From an uncultured delta proteobacterium (lineage in GTDB: Bacteria > Desulfobacterota > Binatia > Binatales > Binataceae), in the NCBI GenBank assembly GCA_963765675.1, contig CAVXXK010000001.1, positions 1,056,001 through 1,120,000 of the forward strand: a stretch of 64,000 nucleotides of DNA, written 5' to 3'. The notes below the pieces were generated by a model. That model was given only the letters and a program-made list of their open reading frames with translations. It was not told the origin of the DNA and made no database searches. Both the position numbers and the translations under genes were made by a program. Shown piece by piece: positions 1 through 10,347 of the stretch; position 1 is the first letter of the stretch; the number at the start of each line of letters is the position of its first letter.

Positions 1-912
1 GAAACCAGTCACCTTGCCGGCGGCGTTCTTGCGGCGAATCGTCACGCTGTCCATCGGGGCGCGGCGATGCACCAGCGATTCGGCGGGAGTCTTTCCGATC
101 ACGAGCGGCGGGCCGTCGAAAAACAATTTGCGCCGCGCCGGCGCGATCTCGTCAAGCGAGCCGGCGCTGCGGAAGCGCGATTCGTCGTGGTCGCGCATGA
201 TTCCGAGCTCGCTGCCGGACTGGACCGAGAACTTCGTGGCATGGCCCTCGCCGGAGAGGTCGTAGTGACGATAGCCGAGAAAAACGAAGCCACCCTGCAC
301 CAGCCAGCGCAGGAAATCGCGCACCTCTACGAGCTCGCGATTGGCGGCGGTCTCCTCGCAAATCTGCAGCGCGCGCGAGACCATCGGCTCGAAATCGCCG
401 GTTGCCTGCTGAACCTCGACCAAAACGGCGCGGACCTCGCGCGCGATTCGTTCGGCATCAGCCGGTGAAGCGGTAAGTTCCAGTTCGGTGTAGGTCAGCG
501 ATTCGCCCTGCTCGGCCGACGACGCCTGCTCGAATGAGACGATGGTTCCCTGGGCGTCGCGAGCGAGCTTGTAAACCGGATGCAGCATCGCGAGCACGGG
601 AGCGCCGAGCTGATGAAAGTAGGCGAGCAGGCTATCGACGATGAACGGACGATCCAGCATTGCGGTTTGGACTACCGTGACGCCGCCGGGTTCCGGCGCG
701 GGCACCACGGAGACCGCGATCGGCTCCGTGCGCGTGAGGAAAAAAGCGTGGGCCGACTTGAGCGCCGCCAGGTAGTGGTCGGGCGCGGAATGATCGAGGC
801 GGTCATGCGGCTCGCGCGCGAAAAGCCGCTCCGCGAAAAGCTTGAGGCGCTTCGCCTCGTCACCGGGAAAGTTACGCTCGATAATTTCGGACAGGGCACC
901 TGCTCTCGCCAA
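1..912 (-). CDS. NAD-specific glutamate dehydrogenase (large type), N-terminal part, runs off window
   Basis: Not in ORF track. Manual minus-strand translation gives ...FVFLGYRHYDL...ELGIMR...LVIGKTPAESLVHRRAPMDSVTIRRKNAAGKVTGF, typical of large NAD-GDH. TTG start 912 (or GTG 921) after GGAAAGGTG. Confidence 0.8.
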   Translation of the reverse strand, partial: MARAGALSEIIERNFPGDEAKRLKLFAERLFAREPHDRLDHSAPDHYLAALKSAHAFFLTRTEPIAVSVVPAPEPGGVTVVQTAMLDRPFIVDSLLAYFHQLGAPVLAMLHPVYKLARDAQGTIVSFEQASSAEQGESLTYTELELTASPADAERIAREVRAVLVEVQQATGDFEPMVSRALQICEETAANRELVEVRDFLRWLVQGGFVFLGYRHYDLSGEGHATKFSVQSGSELGIMRDHDESRFRSAGSLDEIAPARRKLFFDGPPLVIGKTPAESLVHRRAPMDSVTIRRKNAAGKVTGF

Positions 913-1034
913 GACGATCACCTTTCCATAACGAGGAACTCAACGCCGCGACTGAACCCACTCGATCAATTATATTGGTTCTCGGCCCGGCACTCATAGC
1001 GCAATATCTGTCCACGAAAGCGAGACTCTCGACG

Positions 1035-2289
1035 ATGCCAGAGATCGAAATCACCGCGATGACGCTTGGGCCCTATGGCGTTGGGCATCGAGATGGCAAG
1101 ACGGTGATGGTGCCCGGCGTGGCGCCGGGAGATCGGATCGAGGTCGCGATCCGGTCCGAGCGGCGCGACTACAACGTCGGTGCGATCGAGCGAATCATCG
1201 CGGCTGGCGCCGAGCGTCGCGCCACGCCATGTCCGTATCTGCCGCGCTGCGGAGGATGCGACTGGCAACAAATCGAGTATCCGGCGCAGGTACGGCTCAA
1301 GTCTGAGCTGATCGCGCAGGAGCTTGGCCGCGCGCTCGGAGTCGAGATCGATCCGGCAGGTTTGGTCGAGCCCGCGCCCGCCGAGTTCGGGTATCGCGCC
1401 CGGATTCGGCTTAAGGTCGGGCGTGGCGGCGCGCTCGGATTCCACGAGCTCGGCAGCAATGAACTGATCGCGATTGAGCATTGCCTCGTCGCGGAAGACA
1501 GCCTCGCGATGCCCTCGGTACTGGCGCGGGTGCTCGCGCGCGATCTGAGCGAGATCGAGGCGGTTGCGGCCGGCGGCAATCTCACGGTGCTGGTCGGATA
1601 TCTGAAGAAGCCGGCGGGAGCGGAACAGATCGAACGCGCGCGCCGAGCGCTTGAGGCTGACTCGAGGATCGCGGGAATCGTGCTGCGAGCGGGCGAGTCT
1701 CGCGTGATTTTGGGCGAGGTAGAGATCGAAGCGGAAATCGAGCCGGGCGTCGTGCTGCGCGCTGGCGCGGATTTGTTCAGCCAGGTGAATCGTGCGCAGA
1801 ACCTGCGGCTGGTCGCGGAGGTGATGGCGATGGCGTCGCCGGCGGCGGGCGCGAAGCTGCTCGATCTGTTTTGCGGCGCCGGAAATTTCAGCCTTCCAGC
1901 CGCGCGGCGCGGCGCACGCGTGACCGGGGTCGATTCGGATCCGCACGCGGTCGCGGCTGCCGCGCGCAACGCGGAGCGGATGAGACTTGGCGAGGCGCAA
2001 TTCGCCGCGATGCAGGCGCACGAGCTCGCGGCGTTCCTGCAGCGCGCGAGATTTCGGCCCGACGTCGTGATTCTCGATCCGCCGCGCACCGGAGCGGCCG
2101 CGCTGATCGAGCCGATCGCAAAGCTTGGCCCCGCGCGCGTTGTTTACGTTTCTTGCGACGCGGCAACTTTGGCGCGGGATTTGCGCGCGCTCGCGGCGCG
2201 TGGTTACAAATTATCGCGCGTGCGCGCATTCGATTTTTTTCCCGAACACGCATCATGCCGAGATCGCGGCGGAAGCGGTATTGACTTAA
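1035..2289 (+). CDS. rlmD: 23S rRNA (uracil-C5)-methyltransferase RlmD, with +1 indel near 2240
   Basis: TRAM-like N-terminus, CPYLPRCGGC Fe-S motif, LDLFCGAGNF, LDPPRTG, YVSCD. Removing one base at the T7/C3 run (2234-2243) restores the canonical DFFPNTHHAE...VLT* end at TAA 2289. Confidence 0.9.
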
Positions 2290-2355
2290 ATCACGGGGCA
2301 TCCTTAATGTAGGTCAGTCGGTTCGTACCTTCCCGCCAGAGGGTCATTCAGAACG

Positions 2356-2607
2356 ATGCCCAAGCAGGAAAAGGAAAAGATCGCCCGCCCAAAGATCACC
2401 ATTATCCCCGGGCGGGGCGTGGCCCAAACCATCAATTATTTGCTCGAAGATCGCGACGATCTCGAGTGGATAATCGCCGTAGGCCGCACCAAGAACGGCG
2501 AGCTGTTCTTTTATGACACCGGCGGGGATATCGTCGAAGACCTTGGCACCCTCGAGTATCTGAAGGCGCGGATCGTTCGCGCCCATTTCGGCGACGAGTA
2601 CGAATAG
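2356..2607 (+). CDS. small hypothetical protein
   Basis: 83 aa ORF with host-like codon usage; fills the intergenic space. Confidence 0.7.
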   Translation: MPKQEKEKIARPKITIIPGRGVAQTINYLLEDRDDLEWIIAVGRTKNGELFFYDTGGDIVEDLGTLEYLKARIVRAHFGDEYE

Positions 2608-2619
2608 GCACGGGTTCTG

Positions 2620-3051
2620 TCAGTCGTCGAATTCCTGCTCGGGAGCGCGCGCATAAATCATCCCGTCTTCGATTTCGATCGGCACTCGATACAGAAATTT
2701 TCCGCACGCGGACTCCGGACCGGCGATACATTCGCCTGAGCCGGGTTCGTAGTAGGCGTTGTGCGTCTGGCACATCAGGTAGCGCCCTTCTTCGGCAAAA
2801 AACTGGTTGTCGACCCAGTCCATCGCCATCGGCACATGACGGCATCGATTGACGTAGGCGTGAAACTCGCCGGCGAAATTGATCACGAAGCATTCTTCGT
2901 CGGCGCCGCGAATCGGCAGCATGAATTTAAGCGACTCGCCCTGCGCCAGGTCCTGCGCGCGTGCCACCCGGTAGCGCCGATTCGCCGGCGCGAGCGTCGC
3001 TCGCGGACGGCCGCGCGTCAGCGGGGCGCGGCGACGATGCTCCGAAGACAT
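2620..3051 (-). CDS. Rieske [2Fe-2S] domain protein (start uncertain)
   Basis: NRCRH and MCQTH Rieske ligand boxes; G.CI.GP motif. Confidence 0.85.
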   Translation of the reverse strand: MSSEHRRRAPLTRGRPRATLAPANRRYRVARAQDLAQGESLKFMLPIRGADEECFVINFAGEFHAYVNRCRHVPMAMDWVDNQFFAEEGRYLMCQTHNAYYEPGSGECIAGPESACGKFLYRVPIEIEDGMIYARAPEQEFDD

Positions 3052-3788
3052 CCGATCTGCTCGATCTCGACTTCAACTGTGTCGCCCGGCTTCATCTCGC
3101 CGACACCAGACGGCGTGCCGGTCGAGATCACGTCGCCCGGCAGCAGCGTCATGATGTGGGAAATGTAGCTGACCAGGAAGTCGCACTTGAAGATGAGATT
3201 CGAAGTGCGGCTATTTTGCCGAACCTCGCCGTTCAGGCGCGTGGTTATCGCCAAATCGTCGGGGTTGGCGATCGCGGTTTCGATTACAGGGCCAAGCGGT
3301 GCGAAGCTGTCGAAACCCTTGCCGCGCGTGAACTGCACGTCCTTGCGCTGCAGGTCGCGGGCGGTCACGTCATTCATGCAGGTGTATCCGAGCACATAGT
3401 CGCGGGTGTTCGCCGCCGCGATTTTCGTCGCGGTGCGCGAAATCACGATCGCGAGCTCGCCCTCGTAATGCATCAGTTTCGATTGCGGCGGATAGATGAT
3501 CGCTTCGCCCGGCGCGATCACGCAGGTCGAGGGCTTGATGAAGAGCAGTGGCTCTTCGGGGAGCTGGCGACCCATCTCCTGCGCATGGTCGCGATAGTTG
3601 ACGCCGACCGCGACGATTTTGCCGGGCGCGATCGGCGCAAGCATCGCAACCGACGTGGCAGCAATTGGTGCCGCTCCCGCGGCGGCTGGTTTGAGCGCGT
3701 CGAGCGCGCCCGCAAGCGGGGTGATCGCCGCACCGTCGAGCCTGCCGAAACTGACTTTGCCATTCGAACTGTAACGAACGATTTTCAT
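3018..3788 (-). CDS. fumarylacetoacetate hydrolase family protein
   Basis: GVNYRDH, FIKP, HYEGELAIVI, NDVTARD, GKGFDSF, TGTPSGVG motifs. Confidence 0.95.
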   Translation of the reverse strand: MKIVRYSSNGKVSFGRLDGAAITPLAGALDALKPAAAGAAPIAATSVAMLAPIAPGKIVAVGVNYRDHAQEMGRQLPEEPLLFIKPSTCVIAPGEAIIYPPQSKLMHYEGELAIVISRTATKIAAANTRDYVLGYTCMNDVTARDLQRKDVQFTRGKGFDSFAPLGPVIETAIANPDDLAITTRLNGEVRQNSRTSNLIFKCDFLVSYISHIMTLLPGDVISTGTPSGVGEMKPGDTVEVEIEQIGCLRSIVAAPR

Positions 3789-3952
3789 AGTTCCACTTTC
3801 ACTGAATTCTCACGCATCGTGGGGCGCGGGTAAACCGGCGCTTGCCGGGGTGTGCCAAAGGCCATAGCATCTTTCACGCGCTTGCGGCACTGGATGCGGG
3901 ATGGGCCTGCGGTAGCGCGCGAAGCGGAACAGATTTTCGAGAAACCTTTCGA

Positions 3953-5182
3953 ATGGACAAACCGATACTTCGTGGAGTCGAAGCCTTTCCAGTCGATCAG
4001 GACGGGCAGACTTATATATGCCTGCGCGATCCGACCGGCCTTGCGCCCGAGTCGATCGTGCTCGGGATGGGCGCCTATTTCATCATCTCGCTGTTCGACG
4101 GACGCAACGATTTACGCGAGGTGCAAGCCGCGTTTACCAAGCGATTCGGCGAAATTCTGGAACTCGAAAAGTTAAGCGAGCTGGTTCGCACCCTCGATCG
4201 GGCGCGCTTTCTCGACTCGCCCGCGTTTCATGAGCACGAGCTTCGCGTGCGTGAGGAATTTCGCGCGCAAACCGATCGGCCGGCAGCGCTCGCTGGAGTT
4301 TGCTACCCGCCGGAACCCGCGCAACTCCGAATGGAGCTCGCGGGGTTTTTCGATCCTCCCGAGGGACCCGGGCGCACGCCCGCGCGCAAAAACGGTTCGG
4401 CGCTGCGCGGGCTTATCGCGCCGCATATCGATCCGCGCCGCGGAGCGGCAGCCTATGCGCACGCGTACGCCGAGCTGATGGCGCATGAGCCGCCGGAGCT
4501 GGTGATCATCCTTGGTACATCGCACTACGGTGCGGGGCCGTCACTATTCAGCGCGACACGCAAGAATTATGTCACGCCGCTCGGACTGGTCGAGACCGAT
4601 CGCGAGTTCGTGGACAAGCTTGCAGGCCGCTACTCGGGCGGCGATCTGTTCGCCGACGAGTTTTTGCATCGCGGCGAGCATTCGATCGAATTTCAGGCGT
4701 TGTTCCTGGCCTATGCGATGGGCGTGCGCGGCTACCAGGTGGTCCCGATTCTCGTAAGCTCGTTCCACGAAATGATCCTGTCCGGAAAGATGCCGGCGGA
4801 GGATCCGCGCGTGGGTTCGTTTCTCGAAGCGGTGGGCGCGATGATAGCGGCCGAAAAGCGCAACGTGCTGGTCCTCGCGGGAGTGGATTTCGCGCACGTC
4901 GGCAGAAAATTTGGCGACGCTTTTGCCGCCGATCAAGCGGTGGCCGAGCGGGTCGAGCGCGAAGACCTTGCGCTGATCGAAAACCTCAAGCGCGGCGATC
5001 CGGCCGGGTTCTTTGCCGCGATTGCCGCGGACCACGACGCGCGGAAAATCTGCGGCGTAGCGCCGATGTACACCCAGCTCGAGCTTTTGCGCGGACGCAG
5101 CGCGCGACTGCTCAAGTATGGAATCGCGATGGAGCCGCAAACCGAGTCGTGCGTTTCGTTCGCGAGTCTTGCGATCGATTGA
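3953..5182 (+). CDS. AmmeMemoRadiSam system protein B (MEMO1 family) with N-terminal extension
   Basis: RPAALAG.CYP, IAPHID, LGTSH, EHSIEFQ, DFAHVG, ICG motifs. Confidence 0.88.
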   Translation: MDKPILRGVEAFPVDQDGQTYICLRDPTGLAPESIVLGMGAYFIISLFDGRNDLREVQAAFTKRFGEILELEKLSELVRTLDRARFLDSPAFHEHELRVREEFRAQTDRPAALAGVCYPPEPAQLRMELAGFFDPPEGPGRTPARKNGSALRGLIAPHIDPRRGAAAYAHAYAELMAHEPPELVIILGTSHYGAGPSLFSATRKNYVTPLGLVETDREFVDKLAGRYSGGDLFADEFLHRGEHSIEFQALFLAYAMGVRGYQVVPILVSSFHEMILSGKMPAEDPRVGSFLEAVGAMIAAEKRNVLVLAGVDFAHVGRKFGDAFAADQAVAERVEREDLALIENLKRGDPAGFFAAIAADHDARKICGVAPMYTQLELLRGRSARLLKYGIAMEPQTESCVSFASLAID

Positions 5183-5248
5183 GGGGCGCGGTTTGTCGCC
5201 TTGAGCGCACGCCTGCTAAGAAACGCGGCGATGGGAGGATTGCTACGA

Positions 5249-5677
5249 ATGAAGCGCGCAATTCGATTCGGAGTGATCGCGGCGAGTTTGATCATCGCGG
5301 TGGCTGCCGGAGTCCGAGCCGACGAAAAGGCAAACGAAGCCGCCGCGCAAACCGTCGCGCTTGGATGGTTGCACGTAATCGATGCAGGCCAATACGCGCA
5401 GGCCTGGCGCGAGACCGCGGCGCCGGTAAAGGCAGCGTTCAACGCGGATGAATTCACGAGGAAGATGAACGAAACGCGCAAGCTGCTCGGAGTAGTGAAC
5501 TCGCGCAAGCTCGAATCCGCCACCTACGAGACCTCGCTTCCGGGTGCCCCGCCGGGAAAATACGTGGTCCTGGTTTACGCCACCGATTTCGCCGGCCGAC
5601 ACGCCGGTAAAGAGATCGTCACGCCGATGCTCGAGAAGGACGGGCAGTGGCGTGTCTCGGGCTACTACATCCGTTAG
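5249..5677 (+). CDS. DUF4019-like exported protein
   Basis: Signal peptide; WL..ID.G.Y..AW, LPGAP.G.Y and E.DG.WRV.GY.I pattern. Confidence 0.8.
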   Translation: MKRAIRFGVIAASLIIAVAAGVRADEKANEAAAQTVALGWLHVIDAGQYAQAWRETAAPVKAAFNADEFTRKMNETRKLLGVVNSRKLESATYETSLPGAPPGKYVVLVYATDFAGRHAGKEIVTPMLEKDGQWRVSGYYIR

Positions 5678-5694
5678 CCGCGGCGCGTGCGCGA

Positions 5695-7041
5695 TCACTC
5701 GATTCCGTAGCGTTTGCGTTTGCGCCACAGGGTGGTGACGTTTATCCCGAGTGCAGCGGCCGCTTCGTCCAGGGTTGCGCTTTCGGCGAGCACCCGGCGA
5801 ATATGCTCGCGCTCAAGATCTTCGAGACTCGGGGAATGCGCGCCCGCCGATTGCGCGGCGCTGGATGGGAGATCGGCGGCCTCGCGAAAAAGCGAGTCCG
5901 GCAGATCCTCGCGCGTGATCTCGTCGCTGCGCGAGAGGACCGCCGCGCGCTCGAGTGCGTTGCGCAATTCGCGCACATTACCGGGCCACCGATATTTCGA
6001 GATTGCCGCGGATGCTTCCGGCGTCAGGCTCATTGCGGGCCGCTGATGCCGGATCGCGGCGGCCTTGAGCATCCACTGCGCCAGGGCCGGCACGTCCTCG
6101 CGCCGCTCACGCAGTGGCGGAACCCGAATCGTGATGACGTTCAGGCGGTAATACAGATCCTCGCGAAAGCGGTGAGCCGCGACCTCGGCTTCGAGATCGC
6201 GATTGGAGGCGGCGATGATCCGCGCGTTGACGCGAATCGTCTTGTCGCCGCCTATGCGCTCGAAGCTCTGCTCCTGCACGAAGCGCAAAAACTTGGTCTG
6301 CAGCGTGGGCGTCAGGTCGGCGATCTCGTCTAGAAAGACCGAGCCATTGTCGGCCGCTTCGAGCCGTCCGGGCTTGTCCTTCACCGCTCCGGTGAACGAC
6401 CCCCGCATGTGTCCAAATAGTTCGCTTTCGAGCAGCTCATCGGACAAGGTGGTGCAGTTGACGACGACGAACGGTCCTTCCTTGCGCCGGCTCCATCGAT
6501 GCATCTGCCGCGCGAGCACGTTCTTGCCGGTCCCACTTTCGCCGGTCAGCAGAATAGTCGCGTCGCTGGCGGCGGCCTGGCGCGCGAGTTCGAGCTGGTG
6601 CGTCATTGTGGCACTGTGCGTTTCGAGCAGCGGAGCCTCATCGATCGTATCGCGCAGCGCTCGATTCTCGGCCTGCAAGCCGCGCAACTCCAGCGCTCGC
6701 TCGACGATATGCTGGATCTGTTCGAGCGAGAACGGCTTGGTCACGTAGTCGTACGCCCCGGCCTTCATCGCGGAGACCGCGTTCTCGACCGTCGCGTACG
6801 CGGTCATCAGGATGATCAGGCAATCGGGCTGGCGGCGGCGGACTTCGCCGATCAGTTCGAGGCCGTTCATCTCCGCCATCCGAAAATCGGTCAACACCAG
6901 ATCGAACGAGTGGCCTGCGAGCATCCCGGTGGCCTCGCGCCCACTCTCAGCGGATGCGACCGAATATCCGATCGACTCGAAGAAGGTGACAAGGCTGCGT
7001 CGGATATTTTTTTCGTCGTCAACGATTAGCAGCGATGCCAT
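5695..7041 (-). CDS. sigma54-dependent response regulator (REC-AAA+-Fis HTH, AlgB/AtoC-like)
   Basis: REC domain (VDDE, TDFRM), GESGTGK, ESELFGH..GSFTGA, FLDEI, WPGNVREL, C-terminal TTLWRKRKRYG helix-turn-helix. Confidence 0.95.
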   Translation of the reverse strand: MASLLIVDDEKNIRRSLVTFFESIGYSVASAESGREATGMLAGHSFDLVLTDFRMAEMNGLELIGEVRRRQPDCLIILMTAYATVENAVSAMKAGAYDYVTKPFSLEQIQHIVERALELRGLQAENRALRDTIDEAPLLETHSATMTHQLELARQAAASDATILLTGESGTGKNVLARQMHRWSRRKEGPFVVVNCTTLSDELLESELFGHMRGSFTGAVKDKPGRLEAADNGSVFLDEIADLTPTLQTKFLRFVQEQSFERIGGDKTIRVNARIIAASNRDLEAEVAAHRFREDLYYRLNVITIRVPPLRERREDVPALAQWMLKAAAIRHQRPAMSLTPEASAAISKYRWPGNVRELRNALERAAVLSRSDEITREDLPDSLFREAADLPSSAAQSAGAHSPSLEDLEREHIRRVLAESATLDEAAAALGINVTTLWRKRKRYGIE

Positions 7042-8828
7042 TACAGGTTTCCTCCCGCCGGCAGTTCGACTACGAAGCGGCTGCCCGCGCCCGCGTTGTT
7101 ATCGACGAAAATCCGGCCGCCGTGCGCCGCGACGATGTCCTTTGCGATCGCTAGGCCGAGCCCCGCAGATCCTTTCTCGACTCCGCCGCGTCCATACTGC
7201 GCGAAGCGCTCGAAAATATGTTCGCGAATCTCGGTCGGGATTCCTGGGCCGGAATCCGAGACCTCGAACCGCACCTTGGTATCGACCGGGCGCGCCGCGA
7301 CTTCGATCTGGCCGCCCTCGGGCGTATAGCGGAGCGCGTTGCCGATCAGGTTTGAAACCACCCACGAGAGTTTAACCGCGTCGCCCGAAATCTCGGGAAC
7401 AGGCTCAAGATGCTCGGTCAGGTGCACGTGTTTTTCCTCGGCCTGAAGTCCGAAGCGGCGGACGACCTCCTCGATAATCTGCCTGAGATCGAGCCGCTCG
7501 CGCTGCACTGAGATTGAGGCGAGTTCGCCACGCGCGAGGTTGAGCAGATTGTCGCTGAGCGCCTTCATCCGCGCGCATTCTTCGAGGATCGCTTCGAGCA
7601 GCTCGCGCTGCTTGGAATCGAGGGCCGCGCTGTCGCGGCGCAAAAGCTCGGCCGACAGCGCGAGCGAGGTAAGCGGAGTGCGCAATTCGTGGGACAGCGT
7701 AGCGATCAGGTTTGCGCGCGCGCGATCCTGATCGCGCAAATAAGTCACGTCCTGAAGGATCAACAGCGTGCCGAGCGGCGCGCCTTCATCGTGATGCAGC
7801 GGCACGGGCTTCAGAACGTAGGTGTGGTCGCGGCCGCGCACGTGAAGTTGCACTTCGATTCGCTGGCTGTTGGGATCGACCTTGCGCAGATTGCGCAGCG
7901 CGTCGCGGACGCGCAGATAGTGTGGATGATTGCTGCTCAGGTCCTCGAACGGACTGCCGAGCGCGTCTTTCGGTTCCACTCCGATGATCAGCGCGGCAAT
8001 CTCGTTGATATGCGCGACCATCCCCTCGGAATCGATCAACACCACGCCGTCTTCCAGGCTTTCGATGATCGCCTCGGTCTTGCTCTTCTCGTACACCAGC
8101 CGATCGACGTTGAGCTTTTCGAAGCGTTCAAGCCGCTCCGCCATCTGGTTGAACTCGCGTGCGACCGCATCAAGCTCGGCGAACTTCTGCGGCCCCAGCC
8201 TGACCTGCCCGCGGCGTTGGCCGACGCCGCGCAGCCGCTCCGCAACTTCGATAAGCGGCTGCGAAATCGACCATCCGAGGCCCCATGAGATCGCGGCACC
8301 GAAGATCAACACCAGCGCAAGGCTCGCGGCGAATTGGTAGGTGAGGCGCCGCCCGAGCTCCGCGGAGCGGCTGTCGGCGCGAAACATCGCGGCCCGATTC
8401 ATCGCGATCAAATCGTTAAGGCGCGCGTGCAGCGCGTCGAATTGCGCGTCTTGGCGGGCGCCGACCGGAGCGACCGCGATCTGGCTGAACAGTTCGTCGG
8501 CGCCCGCGCGTATTGTATGCGCGAGCTCCGGCTCGCCAACTTCGGTGTAATCGTGATCCTCCGTGTCCATCCAGCGCATGAACTCGGCACGCTCGGGCGC
8601 AAGCGCTTCCTTTGCGCGGCCGTCGCGTTCCGCTAGTTCGAGGCGCGCCAGTGCCGCGTGCATATGCTGCGCCGCCTCGATGCTGATGTAGTTGCGGTAC
8701 AGGGTCTGGCGAATCGCGCCGCCCAGGCTGTACACGCGCGGGAGCGTGAACGCGCCGAGCAGCACAACCAATACCAGCAGCAGCAAGGTGCCGTTTCGAA
8801 TCCGATGTCGAAGTGAAGGCGTCCTCAT
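7041..8828 (-). CDS. membrane sensor histidine kinase (KinB-like: TM-sensor-TM-HAMP-PAS-HisKA-HATPase)
   Basis: Two TM helices, SHELRTPLT H-box, NLIGNALRYT, DSGPGI, GLGLAI. Overlaps both neighbours. Confidence 0.92.
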   Translation of the reverse strand: MRTPSLRHRIRNGTLLLLVLVVLLGAFTLPRVYSLGGAIRQTLYRNYISIEAAQHMHAALARLELAERDGRAKEALAPERAEFMRWMDTEDHDYTEVGEPELAHTIRAGADELFSQIAVAPVGARQDAQFDALHARLNDLIAMNRAAMFRADSRSAELGRRLTYQFAASLALVLIFGAAISWGLGWSISQPLIEVAERLRGVGQRRGQVRLGPQKFAELDAVAREFNQMAERLERFEKLNVDRLVYEKSKTEAIIESLEDGVVLIDSEGMVAHINEIAALIIGVEPKDALGSPFEDLSSNHPHYLRVRDALRNLRKVDPNSQRIEVQLHVRGRDHTYVLKPVPLHHDEGAPLGTLLILQDVTYLRDQDRARANLIATLSHELRTPLTSLALSAELLRRDSAALDSKQRELLEAILEECARMKALSDNLLNLARGELASISVQRERLDLRQIIEEVVRRFGLQAEEKHVHLTEHLEPVPEISGDAVKLSWVVSNLIGNALRYTPEGGQIEVAARPVDTKVRFEVSDSGPGIPTEIREHIFERFAQYGRGGVEKGSAGLGLAIAKDIVAAHGGRIFVDNNAGAGSRFVVELPAGGNL

Positions 8829-10000
8829 TTTTCGGTACCGCTGTCGTCGCCCAGGATTTCAACGTCTATATCCGGTGCGCTCGCGATGATTCGCGCGGTG
8901 ACGTCGCGACGCAGCACACGGCGCCATCGCGGCTGATGCGACCTTCCGAGGATGATTTTCGAGATGCAATTGTCACGCGCGTACCCAAGCATTCCAGTGA
9001 CCGGATCGGCCGCCTTGAGCCACACGGTTTCAGCGCCGAGGTCGCTTGCGAGGTTGATGTTGTCGAGCAGCGCGACGAAATCTCCGGTGCGGATCTTTTT
9101 GACCGACTCGGCCGGAGTCTCGATATGCACGGCGTACCAGTCGGCGCTGAGTTGGGTGGCGACCCTGCACGCTTTGCGCAACAGCTTGGCGCCCTCGTCG
9201 GGATTCGAGGATAGTCCGACCATAATTTTTTCAACGACTCGCGCGCGGCGGCCGCCCTCGCGTTTAAGCGTCTCGGCGTCGTGGCGCTGACGGGTAAGCC
9301 CACGTGCGACCTCGCGCAGCGCTAACTCGCGCAATGACGCGAGATTGGCAGGGGTGAAAAAATTGCGCAGCGCCTGCTCGACCTGCTGCGCGGGATAAAT
9401 CTTTCCCTCGCGCAAGCGCTCGCGCAGCGCTTCGACCGTAACGTCAACATTCACAACCTGATCGGCGCGGGTGAGGATCGAATCGGGCACGGTCTCGCGC
9501 ACGTCGATTCCCGTGATCCGCCGGATGACGGAGTTGAGGCTCTCAATATGCTGGATATTGACCGCGGTAATCACGTTGATGCCGGCCTGAGTGAGCTCTT
9601 CGACATCCTGCCAGCGCTTTTCATGCTTTGCGCCGACCGCGTTGGTATGCGCCAGCTCATCAACGATCGCGATCTCCGGGTTACGCGCAAGAACCGCGTC
9701 AAGATCCATCTCCGAAAGCTCGACGCCCTTGTGCGGATATATTTTGCGTGGGATGACTTCGAGGCCGGCGAGCTTCTCTTCGGTCTCTGCGCGCCGATGA
9801 GTTTCCACCACCGCCACGACTACATCGACGCCCTTGGCGCGCAACTGCTGCGCTTCCTCGAGCATCTTCCAGGTTTTGCCGACGCCAGCCGCCGCGCCGA
9901 GGTAGACTTTCAGGCGGCCCTTCTGCGATCGCGCAACCAGGTCGAGGAACGACTCCGGATCGGGTCGCTCCTCATCCTTCAGGTTACGCGATCGTTCCAT
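8825..10000 (-). CDS. kdpD: stand-alone KdpD N-terminal domain + USP domain (no TM, no kinase)
   Basis: GRLKVYLGAAAGVGKT, VDELAHTN, KRWQDVEEL, NIQHIESLN, LRELAL; C-terminal USP domain; only 391 aa. Confidence 0.92.
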   Translation of the reverse strand: MERSRNLKDEERPDPESFLDLVARSQKGRLKVYLGAAAGVGKTWKMLEEAQQLRAKGVDVVVAVVETHRRAETEEKLAGLEVIPRKIYPHKGVELSEMDLDAVLARNPEIAIVDELAHTNAVGAKHEKRWQDVEELTQAGINVITAVNIQHIESLNSVIRRITGIDVRETVPDSILTRADQVVNVDVTVEALRERLREGKIYPAQQVEQALRNFFTPANLASLRELALREVARGLTRQRHDAETLKREGGRRARVVEKIMVGLSSNPDEGAKLLRKACRVATQLSADWYAVHIETPAESVKKIRTGDFVALLDNINLASDLGAETVWLKAADPVTGMLGYARDNCISKIILGRSHQPRWRRVLRRDVTARIIASAPDIDVEILGDDSGTEK

Positions 10001-10002
10001 CG

Positions 10003-10314
10003 CTACCGCTCACTGCCCGGCTCGGATGGTGCCGTGGACGGCTTGCGCGTGAGGTCGACATAGCGCGTGATCTGAACACTCTGGATTCGCTTGCGGGCGG
10101 CACGTCTGCGTCGAGCGCGAGCCAAAGCGAAGTACGCGCCGATCACGATGGACCAAGCGACGATCGCGCCCAGCGCCCACAGCAACTCGCTCAGCGGTAT
10201 CGGCTCCCTGTGCTCCGCAACCGCAACGCGTGCGATCGGCACGGCGGCTAACGCCGCGCATGGCGCACTGAGCTTGAAAAATCCGCCGAAATTTTCCTTT
10301 CCCGGAAACTTCAT
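10003..10314 (-). CDS. small membrane protein inside kdp operon
   Basis: 103 aa; hydrophobic segment followed by Arg-rich stretch; tightly packed between kdpC and kdpD. Confidence 0.55.
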   Translation of the reverse strand: MKFPGKENFGGFFKLSAPCAALAAVPIARVAVAEHREPIPLSELLWALGAIVAWSIVIGAYFALARARRRRAARKRIQSVQITRYVDLTRKPSTAPSEPGSER

Positions 10315-10347
10315 GTTGGGGCGACGATGCTCCTCGGAGGAGGCGGT

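Noticed and set aside
14-999. Plus-strand ORFs in the ORF track (14-265, 67-468, 580-999)
   Set aside because: Antisense shadows of the minus-strand NAD-GDH gene.
3843-3858. TGGCAC-containing sigma54-like element upstream of the FAH gene
   Set aside because: GG-to-GC spacing is 9, not 10.
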